Shown here: one piece after another, positions 6,980-15,932 of the stretch | Numbering within the stretch: position 1 is the stretch's first letter | Layout of the letters: each line of letters starts with the position of its first letter | Source of the DNA: a virus | Lineage: Duplodnaviria > Caudoviricetes | Strand: one strand, 5' to 3' | IMG/VR virus record: IMGVR_UViG_3300044259_000246 | Coordinates: 1-35,762 of that record | DNA length: 35,762 nt | Notes under the pieces: generated by a model | Database searches by the model: none | Seen by the model: the letters and a program-made list of their open reading frames with translations, nothing else | Told to the model about the DNA's origin: nothing | Made by a program: the position numbers and the translations under genes

Positions 6980-8823
6980 AGGAAATTATTGTTGATAACT
7001 TTGCAGGTGGCGGCGGTGCTTCCACTGGAATTGAAATGGCGATCGGTCGCAGTGTCGATATCGCGATTAATCACGACCCTAACGCTATTGCAATGCACAC
7101 GACGAATCACCCAGACACATTGCATTACTGCGAATCAGTGTTTGATATCGATCCTGTCGCTGCGACTTCTGGCCGTCCCGTAGGGCTCGCATGGTTCTCG
7201 CCTGACTGCCGCCATTTTTCAAAAGCCAAAGGCAGCAAGCCGGTGAAGAAAGAGATTCGCGGCTTGGCGTGGATCGTGTTGCGTTGGGCGCTTTCGGTTC
7301 GTCCGCGCGTGATGATGCTGGAGAACGTGGAGGAATTTAAAACGTGGGGGCCATTACTGACTAATGACGATGGAACGCAGCAGCCAGATCCGGCGCGGGC
7401 GGGAGAAACGTTTGAAGCGTTTTGTGGCATGTTGTCGGGTGGCATTCCTGCCGATCACCCAGCTTTAGCCGAAGCGTGCGAATTTCTGGGGATTGAGCCA
7501 GCCAGCGAGCATGGCAAACGGCTTATTTGCGGGCTGGGCTACAACGTCGATTACCGCGAGCTGCGCGCGTGTGATTACGGTGCTCCAACGATCCGTAAAC
7601 GCTTTTTTATGGTGATGCGCTGTGATGGGCTGCAAGTTACATGGCCGGAGGCTACACACGCGGATCCGAAATCACCTGCCGTACAGGCTGGCAAGTTGAA
7701 ACCGTGGCGCACAGCTGCTGAGTGTATAGATTGGTCGATCCCTTGCCCGTCGATTTTCGAGCGCAAAAAGCCTTTGGCCGAAAACACGTTGCGACGTATT
7801 GCGAGGGGGTTAGAGCGGTTCGTGATTAATAATCCAGAGCCGTTTATCGTTAAGTGCAACCACACATCAACGAAAACCCGCTACGAATGCTTTCGCGGTC
7901 AGTCAATCGATGAGCCATTGCATACAATTACGCGCACGCCCGGATTTGCTGTTGTTCAGCCTTTTTTGGTGGGCGCTGGTGGTCCGAAGTATTCAGCAAA
8001 ACCACGTTCAACAGAACAACCCATGAACACGCTCTGCAATACGAATCACTCTGCTCTGATAACGCCGTACATTGCACGAATCGGCCAGACTGGTTTCGGT
8101 GGCGATCGCATGGCATACGACGCTACAGACCCGCTGACGACCGTCGTAAGCAAAGCAGAGCATCTGCTGGTTGCTCCAGTTATTGCGCGTCAGTTCGGTA
8201 ACAGCGTAGGCCATGGTGCTGACGAGCCAAGCGGCACTATTACGGCTGGCGGTGGCGGAAAAAGCCAGTTGGTATCCGCGTTTCTGGCTAAACATTTTGG
8301 TGGCAATTACACGGGACCCGGCGCGAATCTGGATGAGCCGGCACACACAATAACGACCGTTGATCATCATGCACTAGTAACCTCGAACCTCATAAAAATG
8401 AGAGGGACGAACATAGGTCAGCGCACTGACACGCCGCTGCAAACGGTGACCGCTGGCGGAAACCATTTCGGCGAGGTTCGTGCTTTTCTCTTGAAGTATT
8501 ACGGTAATGAGAAAGAAGGCGTCAGCCTGAATGATCCGTTGCATACAGTCACGACGAATGACCGGTTCGGGCTGGTTACGGTTGAGGGCATCGATTATCA
8601 GATCGTTGATATCGGGATGCGCATGCTGCAACCGCATGAACTGTACGCCGCTCAAGGATTCCCAGACTGGTACATCATCGATCAGGATTTTCGAGGCGTG
8701 AAATACGCAAAGGACAAACAAGTAGCCAGATGCGGCAACGCTGTGCCTCCTCCATTTGCCGAAGCGCTTGTGCGTGCAAATCTGCCAGAGATGTGTACAG
8801 CGCGTCACGGAGTGGCAGCATGA
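6976..8823 (+). CDS. DNA C5-cytosine methyltransferase with a long repetitive variable region
   Basis: DNFAGGGG, FSPDC (catalytic Cys), ENV, RKRFF and GNAV motifs. Confidence 0.92.
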   Translation: MKEIIVDNFAGGGGASTGIEMAIGRSVDIAINHDPNAIAMHTTNHPDTLHYCESVFDIDPVAATSGRPVGLAWFSPDCRHFSKAKGSKPVKKEIRGLAWIVLRWALSVRPRVMMLENVEEFKTWGPLLTNDDGTQQPDPARAGETFEAFCGMLSGGIPADHPALAEACEFLGIEPASEHGKRLICGLGYNVDYRELRACDYGAPTIRKRFFMVMRCDGLQVTWPEATHADPKSPAVQAGKLKPWRTAAECIDWSIPCPSIFERKKPLAENTLRRIARGLERFVINNPEPFIVKCNHTSTKTRYECFRGQSIDEPLHTITRTPGFAVVQPFLVGAGGPKYSAKPRSTEQPMNTLCNTNHSALITPYIARIGQTGFGGDRMAYDATDPLTTVVSKAEHLLVAPVIARQFGNSVGHGADEPSGTITAGGGGKSQLVSAFLAKHFGGNYTGPGANLDEPAHTITTVDHHALVTSNLIKMRGTNIGQRTDTPLQTVTAGGNHFGEVRAFLLKYYGNEKEGVSLNDPLHTVTTNDRFGLVTVEGIDYQIVDIGMRMLQPHELYAAQGFPDWYIIDQDFRGVKYAKDKQVARCGNAVPPPFAEALVRANLPEMCTARHGVAA

Positions 8824-9845
8824 GGGCTCTGTTTAAGCCTGTCATCGTGCCTGAACTGGGGCAAGTGATATTACGTCCCGGTAAGGACCTTGTTCCGTTA
8901 TTTACTGGTCGCGTGCTGGTGGTTAGTGAACCGGATGAGCTTAAAGGACTTCCATCAGGCTTGCTGCCAAGCCAAGAGCAACAACTCGCCAATGATCCGC
9001 GCTGGCGTCCATTCCTCACGAACGAACGTGTGATAAATGCCGCTGGTGGCACTGATAGCCTTATTAACTGGCTAAATCAGGCTATGGTCTGCCAGCGGGA
9101 AAGTGATTACCACTCACAGCATATGACCACCCTTAAATACGGGCATAGCGCCATTCGCCTGTGTTGGCATTGCGACAATCTGGTGCGCGAACATGAAACA
9201 CCAGCACTGAATGAATTAGCTGATCGCAATGCCGCTGAGTGGGTAATTCATCAATCCAGAACCTGGCTGATGCTGCCTGAAGGTCATCAGGTCACTTCTC
9301 ATGAGTTGAGTTGGTGGTCAGTAGTGAAGGGTGTTTCTGACCTGCTGCCAGCCCATGCAATACGCATCAGCCTGCGTATGCCTGCACCAGAAGAGAAACT
9401 AGGGCCACAGCGGGAATGCGACATCGAATGGACAACACCAGTACGGGACATCATTGATGAGCGCATAGAGCGCGTTAAGCCGGTTATTAAGCTGGTTGAG
9501 GATGCCGAACCACCAGCAGGGTTTCTGCTGCGCCCGAAGCTAAAACGCATTGAATGCGAGAAGTACACCAGATGGATTAAGTCACAGCCTTGTGCATGTT
9601 GTGGCGCTCCTGCTGATGATCCGCACCACGTAATAGGGTATGGACTCGGCGGGATGGGTACAAAAACGCATGACCTGTTTGTTATTCCCCTGTGCCGCCG
9701 TCACCACGACGAACTGCATCGTGATGTCGCAGCATGGGAAGCGGAATACGGCAGTCAGTTACTTTTATTGGTCCAGACCCTCAACCGTGCATTGGGGATC
9801 GGGGCTATTTCAATCGGGAAACTAAAAGGTGTAGAGAATGAGTGA
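8820..9845 (+). CDS. DUF968 (YdfU-like) protein with C-terminal HNH-like Zn site
   Basis: LCWHCDN and QPCACCG..ADDPHH...HDLFVIPLCRRHHDELH; ATGA overlap at 8820. Confidence 0.85.
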   Translation: MRALFKPVIVPELGQVILRPGKDLVPLFTGRVLVVSEPDELKGLPSGLLPSQEQQLANDPRWRPFLTNERVINAAGGTDSLINWLNQAMVCQRESDYHSQHMTTLKYGHSAIRLCWHCDNLVREHETPALNELADRNAAEWVIHQSRTWLMLPEGHQVTSHELSWWSVVKGVSDLLPAHAIRISLRMPAPEEKLGPQRECDIEWTTPVRDIIDERIERVKPVIKLVEDAEPPAGFLLRPKLKRIECEKYTRWIKSQPCACCGAPADDPHHVIGYGLGGMGTKTHDLFVIPLCRRHHDELHRDVAAWEAEYGSQLLLLVQTLNRALGIGAISIGKLKGVENE

Positions 9846-10200
9846 TATGTATGAGCGTTTAGATCGCTGGGGTGCGTGGGCTGTATCGGAACAAAGCGGG
9901 GTAGACTGGCAACCAATCGCAGCTGGCTTTAAAGGACTTATCCCTCACGGTAAAAAGTCACGTTCTCAATGTTCCGACGACGAAGGGTTGATGATCGATG
10001 GCTGCGTTGCTCGGTTGAAAAAATATAAGCCTGAAGAATATGACCTCGTTGTCGCACATTTTGTTTTAGGAATTTCGCTCCGAGCTATAGCCAAAAAACG
10101 AAAGTGTTCTGATGGTACAATTAGGAAGGAAATGCAGAATGCCGAAGGGTTTATAGATGGTTGTCTAGCGATGCTGGATGTGAGAATGGATATGGAATAA
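9838..10200 (+). CDS. Q: Late-gene antiterminator Q
   Basis: LDRWGAW...AAGFKGL...CSDDEGLMIDGC...AEGFIDGCL pattern; position upstream of the lysis genes. Confidence 0.88.
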   Translation: MSDMYERLDRWGAWAVSEQSGVDWQPIAAGFKGLIPHGKKSRSQCSDDEGLMIDGCVARLKKYKPEEYDLVVAHFVLGISLRAIAKKRKCSDGTIRKEMQNAEGFIDGCLAMLDVRMDME

Positions 10201-10204
10201 AACA

Positions 10205-10603
10205 CTACTTATCGTCCACACTCATTTCTTTTGTATGAAGTGAGTGTGCTGCTTTTATCTCAATGTCATATCTTTTAAGCTCTTCCATATCGATAAGATC
10301 TAATAAATCTGTAAGTCGTTGGCGATGTTCGGGGGTAATAGGTGGTTGCCTATTAAGAGCTTTTTGGATTGCTTTTCTCTTTTTTGCTATCGATTGTTTG
10401 AACATGAGTGATGATAAGCTTGGTATATTTAACCATGCTAATAATAATATTGCTAAGTGGGATATTCCAACCGAAAGACCAGGTAGGAAGGGTTTGACAT
10501 CGGCAGGAATTATATTTTGAGAGGCCAAGCATGATTCAAGAATAAAATTAACAACAGGGATTAACCATACTTGGCAGAGCAAATAACTTTTACCACCGAT
10601 CAA
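10205..10603 (-). CDS. Hypothetical membrane protein (about 2 TM plus helical tail)
   Basis: TTG start overlapping the upstream stop (TTGA), AGGAGG RBS, two hydrophobic segments. Confidence 0.7.
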   Translation of the reverse strand: MIGGKSYLLCQVWLIPVVNFILESCLASQNIIPADVKPFLPGLSVGISHLAILLLAWLNIPSLSSLMFKQSIAKKRKAIQKALNRQPPITPEHRQRLTDLLDLIDMEELKRYDIEIKAAHSLHTKEMSVDDK

Positions 10604-10848
10604 CTATTTTTCCTCCTAACTTTGCCATTAGCACGAAGTTCAGCGAGGAAGTCAATAAGTTCGCCATCTTCATCAGAAAGATTGACTAACTTTGTATGTT
10701 TTTTCCCTTCTTTATCCACATAAGATAATTTTATCGATTTTGGTGGAAAGAAAAATGCCAATGCATGGAAAACCACACCTCTTGCGACAAGAAGTGAAAC
10801 CACCGTCAGGGTGATAAGGGTCATGTACTCCATGATTTCTGTTGGCAT
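10600..10848 (-). CDS. Hypothetical single-pass membrane protein
   Basis: GAGGA RBS; hydrophobic N-terminus and charged C-terminus. Confidence 0.75.
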   Translation of the reverse strand: MPTEIMEYMTLITLTVVSLLVARGVVFHALAFFFPPKSIKLSYVDKEGKKHTKLVNLSDEDGELIDFLAELRANGKVRRKNS

Positions 10849-10860
10849 TTTCCTCTCTCG

Positions 10861-11772
10861 TTAAACAATTTTCCTATCGCCTGCAGCCCTATGGCGAACA
10901 ACTCGTTCGATTTCGTATCGAGGACGCCCAAGCTTTTCGCCTGCTTGGGTTTGTGTGTAAGTATATTCCACAACGAAGAGGTCATCTTTGCTAAATGTGG
11001 CTTTATTAAGGTTTATCCTCTCAAGGAAAGCGTCGTCATTCATGGCGGTAGCCACTTCATTTCCGTTAGGTAGTATCATTTTCCAGCCAGTTTTTGCAAG
11101 GAAATTAACACATGAAATGTGAACGTTTGCGGTGACAGTTTCAGCAAATTTTTCTTCCTTAACAAGAGACCTTGTTGCTTTGAATGACTTTTTATCCTCT
11201 TCAGTGACGGTAACTAATGGTTCGTCATCACGTTCAACAGAAAAGGTGGATATCCCTTCGCTTGCTAATGGTTTGTAAACTAGATCATCAAATCCTTTTC
11301 GTACTGAGGGGGACGATAAAACCTTCTGAACAACAATAGGGCACTCTATTTCTTCATTATCTTTGGCGATCAGCGTGGCTGTTCCCTTTTCTTCATCAAC
11401 AGCAACTTCTGCTAACTTTCTCCCCTTTAACCACTTTATTGCCCCAAGAACAGTTCCTACACTAGTACCAGTTGCAATTGCGACTATTTCTTTCGATAGT
11501 CCCAAAATCTCTAATACGTTAATGTTATCAGCTTGTTGGGCAACAGAGACTACGACTTCAAATGAACCTTCTTGATGTGCCTTTACATTCACCTGAACAT
11601 CGGAAGATTCACCATTAATAATTTTATCGGATTGTTCAATGATGTCACACAGAGAGGTTATTGCATTACCAAGAATTCGCGCATCAATTTGATGCTCTTT
11701 AGGGCCGCCAGGCTCATTGCCGTTATATTTGATTTCAAAGTCAGTAACGTTAAACGCGATCGGTTCCGCCAT
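10861..11772 (-). CDS. Hypothetical soluble protein, 303 aa, first gene of the antisense cassette
   Basis: Start MAEPIAF after a CAGGA RBS; candidate promoter TTGCAA-17-TAGCCT (11848 to 11820). Confidence 0.85.
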   Translation of the reverse strand: MAEPIAFNVTDFEIKYNGNEPGGPKEHQIDARILGNAITSLCDIIEQSDKIINGESSDVQVNVKAHQEGSFEVVVSVAQQADNINVLEILGLSKEIVAIATGTSVGTVLGAIKWLKGRKLAEVAVDEEKGTATLIAKDNEEIECPIVVQKVLSSPSVRKGFDDLVYKPLASEGISTFSVERDDEPLVTVTEEDKKSFKATRSLVKEEKFAETVTANVHISCVNFLAKTGWKMILPNGNEVATAMNDDAFLERINLNKATFSKDDLFVVEYTYTQTQAGEKLGRPRYEIERVVRHRAAGDRKIV

Positions 11773-11859
11773 TTTTTTATTCCTGCGCATGGTATGGGTA
11801 AGAGCCTGACAATCCGGGCAGGCTATTGAAGATAAAAAATCTTTGCAAATATACAAAAT

Positions 11860-11903
11860 CTCTAACGCGTACGCAAAAATTGTAGTAGCGTGATAAGAGT
11901 GGT
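11860..11903 (+). promoter_or_regulatory. Probable late promoter pR'/qut region
   Basis: TAACGCGTACGCAAAAA...TAAGAGTGGTC resembles the sequence recalled directly downstream of this Q type in related phages; a terminator follows. Confidence 0.5.
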
Positions 11904-12021
11904 CGCGACGTTAAGCGGCTTAATTGCCAACTCCCCTAATTTGGGGGTTAACGAAAAGGGCCGTTTACTGACCCGCACTTGCAGTAATTCCCCGCGTTGT
12001 GGGGTGCCAAAAAAACTTACT

Positions 12022-12047
12022 AAACCCGCCATCAGTGCGGGTTTTTC
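12022..12047 (+). terminator. Intrinsic terminator (tR'-like)
   Basis: AAACCCGC-CATCAGT-GCGGGTTTTT. Confidence 0.8.
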
Positions 12048-12098
12048 ATTTCTCAAGAGTAATTGGTATTATCACTTAGATACTAACCAGGAGAGCTC

Positions 12099-12434
12099 AT
12101 GAGAAAAATACAGCATTACTCCATCTCTATCCCCCAGGATACGCCGAAGACGCTCCAGGGAGTGAGGGTGCTTATCGAAAGCCACAGTCATATTTTCGAA
12201 GATGCTGTTATGGCTGAGTATCGCGGCGATCAGCGTTATACATATGTTAGCGACAACTTTGAAGTTACAGAGATTGAGGAAGGAGCTTTCACCTTTGAAG
12301 TAGATGTTTCGTATTTTGAAGGGTGCAAAGATAGAGATGGGGTGGATAGACAAGAAATGAATGTTGAGTTTGATATACGAAATGGTTGTATCGAGTTCGA
12401 TCTTGATGAAACGGTTTGGAATACTGATAACTAG
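12099..12434 (+). CDS. Acidic hypothetical protein (moron)
   Basis: CAGGAG RBS, 111 aa, followed by a hairpin and T-run at 12456-12484. Confidence 0.75.
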   Translation: MRKIQHYSISIPQDTPKTLQGVRVLIESHSHIFEDAVMAEYRGDQRYTYVSDNFEVTEIEEGAFTFEVDVSYFEGCKDRDGVDRQEMNVEFDIRNGCIEFDLDETVWNTDN

Positions 12435-12629
12435 AGCTATCAAAGAATATCGAGAGGGCTGCCAAATCTGAACGGCCTTTTTTTATTTTCTGTAAATCAC
12501 ATCGCGCCCGCGCATTGCAGAACAAGGAAGAAGTAATCCAGTTTAATAAGTTGTGATAATTCCTCTATGTACACTTTACTTGTCCGAGTGACGCATACAC
12601 TGTACATACATCAAAGAGGGATACATCGC

Positions 12630-13487
12630 ATGAAAATGAATTTCATCAAACTGCTTCCAGTTCTGTTACTGGGTGCTTGCTCAACGTACCAACCGCAAGA
12701 GACAGCCGAACAGCAACCTCAGCAGCAAACTGTAACGCCGGAACCAGCTCGTCAGGCAGCGGTTGCAGCGGTCGCGGCAGTGTCGAAAGATAACTGTCTC
12801 GTGGGTTGCCCGACTGGCGGCAGTTCTCAAACGCTGATTCGTGATGCATATACGCTGAACAATAACAGTTCGACAAAATTCGCGAATTGGGTAGCGTATA
12901 AAATGACGTCAAGCAGCCAAGCGAGCGGCCGTTCACGCACATGGCGTCAAGACCCTGATTTACCTGCTGCTGATACGCTGGCACCAGCAGCATACACTGG
13001 CGCAAATGCTGCGCTGGCTGTTGATCGAGGCCACCAGGCACCGCTTGCTGGGCTCGGAGGATCGTCAGACTGGCAGTCTTTGAATTATTTATCGAACATC
13101 ACGCCGCAAAAAGCCGATCTCAACCAAGGCGCGTGGGTGCGACTTGAAGATAAAGAACGGGCTCTGTCTAATAGTAAAACTGTCTACACCGTGACTGGTC
13201 CGTTGTTCGAACGCAATATTGCAACGCTGCCTAATGCGCCAGCAGTTCAAATCCCGAGTGGTTATTGGAAAGTCCTGTTTACCGGCTCAAGTCCGGCTGA
13301 CGGCCAATTCGCCGCATTCATCATGGATCAGAACACACCACGCAACGCGAATTTCTGTAATTTCCAAGTGACGGTTAGTCAAATTGAACAGAAGACCGGC
13401 TTAAACATCTGGTCTGCTCTGCCTGCGAACGTAGCCAGCACAATCAAAGCGCAGAAAGGTTCGCTCGGTAGTGACCTCGGTTGTTAA
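12630..13487 (+). CDS. DNA/RNA non-specific endonuclease (NucA/NucM beta-beta-alpha-Me family), lipoprotein
   Basis: DRGHQAP active site, YLSNITPQ...LNQGAW..LE; signal peptide with lipobox LLGA-C; GAGGGA RBS; terminator at 13522-13553. Confidence 0.93.
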   Translation: MKMNFIKLLPVLLLGACSTYQPQETAEQQPQQQTVTPEPARQAAVAAVAAVSKDNCLVGCPTGGSSQTLIRDAYTLNNNSSTKFANWVAYKMTSSSQASGRSRTWRQDPDLPAADTLAPAAYTGANAALAVDRGHQAPLAGLGGSSDWQSLNYLSNITPQKADLNQGAWVRLEDKERALSNSKTVYTVTGPLFERNIATLPNAPAVQIPSGYWKVLFTGSSPADGQFAAFIMDQNTPRNANFCNFQVTVSQIEQKTGLNIWSALPANVASTIKAQKGSLGSDLGC

Positions 13488-13594
13488 TGCCGCTCAGCAG
13501 TAACTAATCAATAAATCACATAGCCCGCCACTTGCAGAGGTGGGCTTTCTTTTCCCCTCGTTCAGAGAGGATGCACAGCAACAGAGGGGGCTAA

Positions 13595-13900
13595 ATGTCC
13601 GAACCTTTTACCAGTACCGGCGCTGCTGGTTCTGCGCTGGTGCCGTATACCGACGTGTGGACATACCCGCCTGTTCAGTTTTACCCAGGTAAACATCCCT
13701 GCGAAAAACCCGCTGAGATGATGCGTGACATTATTGCGGCCAGTAGTCGCCCCGGTGATGTAGTCGCTGATTTCTTCATGGGTTCCGGCACAACGATTAA
13801 AGCTGCAATGACGTTAGGGCGGCACGCACTGGGCGTAGAGTTAGAAAAAGAACGCTTTGAGCAAACGCAAGAAGAAATTAAAGCATTAAAAACACCATAA
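13595..13900 (+). pseudogene. Chimeric remnant: holin-like N-terminus fused to the C-terminal part of an N6/N4 DNA methyltransferase
   Basis: MSEPFTSTGAAGSAL followed by VPYTDVW...GKHPCEKP...DFFMGSGTT. The catalytic DPPY half is missing. Confidence 0.75.
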
Positions 13901-13972
13901 GGCTGCGCTCATGCGTGGCCTTTTCTTTTCCTGTAAATCACACAGCGCCACGGCAACGCCGGAGGTGAGGCT

Positions 13973-14185
13973 ATGCGTATGTCAAATTTCACAACAGGAG
14001 CCGCATACGGCGCGTCCGGTGGCAGCTTCTTATTCTGGTTTAAAAAACTGCTAGACGGTTACTCACCTGAGCAGTGGGCTGCGATCGGTGTGCTGGGTAG
14101 CCTGGCGTTTGCTGGCCTAACTTTTCTAACGAATCTGTATTTCAAGATTAAAGAAGACAGACGCAAAGCGGCGCGGGGTGAGTGA
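13973..14185 (+). CDS. Class II holin (phage 21 S-like pinholin) with dual-start motif
   Basis: M-R-M start, two TM segments, [28 protein letters not shown]. Confidence 0.9.
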   Translation: MRMSNFTTGAAYGASGGSFLFWFKKLLDGYSPEQWAAIGVLGSLAFAGLTFLTNLYFKIKEDRRKAARGE

Positions 14186-14715
14186 TGTCATCACTAAAAA
14201 CAAAACTCAGCGCTGCGATGCTGGCTCTGATTGCTGCTGGCGCGTCAGCCCCTGTGCTCATGGCTCAGTTTCAGCAAGAAAAAGAAGGCGTGCGGCTGGT
14301 GGCTTATCCAGACGGCGGCGGAATCTGGACTATTTGCGGCGGTGTAACTCGCGTTGACGGTAAGCCGGTAGTAAAGGGTATGAAGTTGACCGCCGAGCAG
14401 TGCGCGAAGATTGATGCTCTGGAGCAGAAAAAGGCGCTCGACTGGGTGGATCGCAACGTTAAGGTGCCACTCACTGAACCTCAGAAAGTTGGTATTGCGT
14501 CGTTCTGCCCGTGGAACATCGGTCCGGGGCGCTGTTTCCCGTCTACGTTCTACCGCAAATTAAATGCTGGTGACCGTATTGGCGCCTGCCGCGAGATTAA
14601 ACGCTGGATTTGGGATGGTGGCCGCGATTGCCGCATACGCTCAAATAACTGTTACGGGCAAATAGAACGCCGTGACCAAGAAGCGGAATTATCGTGCTGG
14701 GGGTTAGATGGATGA
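14185..14715 (+). CDS. SAR endolysin (GH24 lysozyme)
   Basis: Ala-rich N-terminal SAR segment; catalytic E-8x-D-5x-T triad (EKEGVRLVAYPDGGGIWT). Confidence 0.92.
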   Translation: MSSLKTKLSAAMLALIAAGASAPVLMAQFQQEKEGVRLVAYPDGGGIWTICGGVTRVDGKPVVKGMKLTAEQCAKIDALEQKKALDWVDRNVKVPLTEPQKVGIASFCPWNIGPGRCFPSTFYRKLNAGDRIGACREIKRWIWDGGRDCRIRSNNCYGQIERRDQEAELSCWGLDG

Positions 14716-15260
14716 CAGCCGCCGCTATCGCTATTTTCAAAGCACATTGGAAGCCATTGGCGCTGATAACGCTGGGGGCTTTTTTAATATGGGGATTCTC
14801 GCACTGGCGATATACGGCAGGGCGTGATGATGCCAATGCTGTGTGGCAAACGAAGTGGGATCGGCGCAATACAGCAGATGCTGAAGCGCTCGCGAAACGT
14901 CAATCTGATGAGCGTCAGGAAGAGCGACGCAGACAGGAAGCGATCAATGCGATATCGACTAATGCGCAGCGTGAAATTGAACAAGCGCAGGCTGATGCTG
15001 TTAACGCTCAGTCTGCTGCTGTTGGGTTGCAGTCAGCAATCGGAAAACTCAAGCGGCAGTTGGCAGCAAGTGAAACCGGCCGCATTTCCGCAATTGCCGC
15101 AACAGGCGCGGCAAAAGCCGAGGCCGCAATACTGCTTGCCGAGCTGCTTAGCGAATCTGACAAAGCAGCGGGAGAGTATGCAGCAGAAGCTGACGCCGCT
15201 TACAGAGCAGGATTGACGTGTGAACGCGCCTACGACGCAATAACAGGAGGGGCATTATGA
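14712..15260 (+). CDS. Rz: Rz-like inner-membrane spanin
   Basis: N-terminal TM, coiled coil, C-terminal AGLTCERAYD; ATGA overlap with the endolysin. Confidence 0.85.
   Translation: MTAAAIAIFKAHWKPLALITLGAFLIWGFSHWRYTAGRDDANAVWQTKWDRRNTADAEALAKRQSDERQEERRRQEAINAISTNAQREIEQAQADAVNAQSAAVGLQSAIGKLKRQLAASETGRISAIAATGAAKAEAAILLAELLSESDKAAGEYAAEADAAYRAGLTCERAYDAITGGAL
14962..15216 (+). CDS. Rz1: Rz1-like outer-membrane lipoprotein spanin nested in Rz (+1 frame)
   Basis: MRSVKLNKRRLMLLTLSLLLLG-C lipobox; Pro-rich mature part with two Cys. Confidence 0.82.
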   Translation: MRSVKLNKRRLMLLTLSLLLLGCSQQSENSSGSWQQVKPAAFPQLPQQARQKPRPQYCLPSCLANLTKQRESMQQKLTPLTEQD

Positions 15261-15526
15261 GACAGTATTTATCAGACTTGGCGAGTAAGTGTCAGGGAAT
15301 TGCGGGAAGTATCTCTTTTGATGAGGCAAATAAAGGATATCCTCCGCAAACTAAGCATATCTTGCTTGAGGTATCTCACGCGCTTGACAGTAATTCGGTG
15401 CGTGTTGTTTATCCACCAAAAGGTGTACCGCTAATAATAAACGCCAGAGGCAAAGAGCGGGCGCTTAACTGGAGAGAGCGGTTAGCAATAATTCTCCTCA
15501 AGGGGTTAACCGAAGTACGTCCATAG
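15257..15526 (+). CDS. Hypothetical protein
   Basis: AGGAGG RBS; ATGA coupling to Rz. Confidence 0.65.
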   Translation: MRQYLSDLASKCQGIAGSISFDEANKGYPPQTKHILLEVSHALDSNSVRVVYPPKGVPLIINARGKERALNWRERLAIILLKGLTEVRP

Positions 15527-15602
15527 CATCAGTATTACAACAGGCATTCACTGAGTGCCTGTGATAATGCTGTTATATACTCTCTGAAACACTGGAGGGG
15601 AT

Positions 15603-15857
15603 ATGTCATACAATTTAGGTGATTTGCCGCGCGACGAGCGGGACAAGATTAACGTCGATCTGGCGGCGTCTGGCGTAGCGTACAAAGAGCGCATGAATAT
15701 GCCTGTCATTGCCGAGCAGGTCGAACGCGAACAGCCTGAGCATCTGCGCGAATACTTTCGTGAACGAGTGGCGCATTACAGGCAGATGAGTAGAACGCTA
15801 CCGCGCGGCACTGACACTGTGTATCAGCAGATGGCTGAGGCCAACGGTAAGAAGTAA
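15603..15857 (+). CDS. holE: DNA polymerase III theta subunit homologue (HolE / P1 Hot-like)
   Basis: [42 protein letters not shown] closely matches the HolE core; GGAGG RBS; terminator at 15875-15900. Confidence 0.92.
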   Translation: MSYNLGDLPRDERDKINVDLAASGVAYKERMNMPVIAEQVEREQPEHLREYFRERVAHYRQMSRTLPRGTDTVYQQMAEANGKK

Positions 15858-15932
15858 CCAAGCTAACATTATCTAGCCCTGGCATCTGCCGGGGCTTTTT
15901 GTTTCCGCAATCATTACTGTAAGGCGTTAGCC

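Noticed and set aside
13595-13900. Functional third methyltransferase or restriction-modification system
   Set aside because: The catalytic DPPY half is missing and no cognate restriction enzyme is recognisable.
15550-15600. LexA box upstream of the holE homologue
   Set aside because: CTGT half-sites are present but no CTGT-N8-ACAG match was found.
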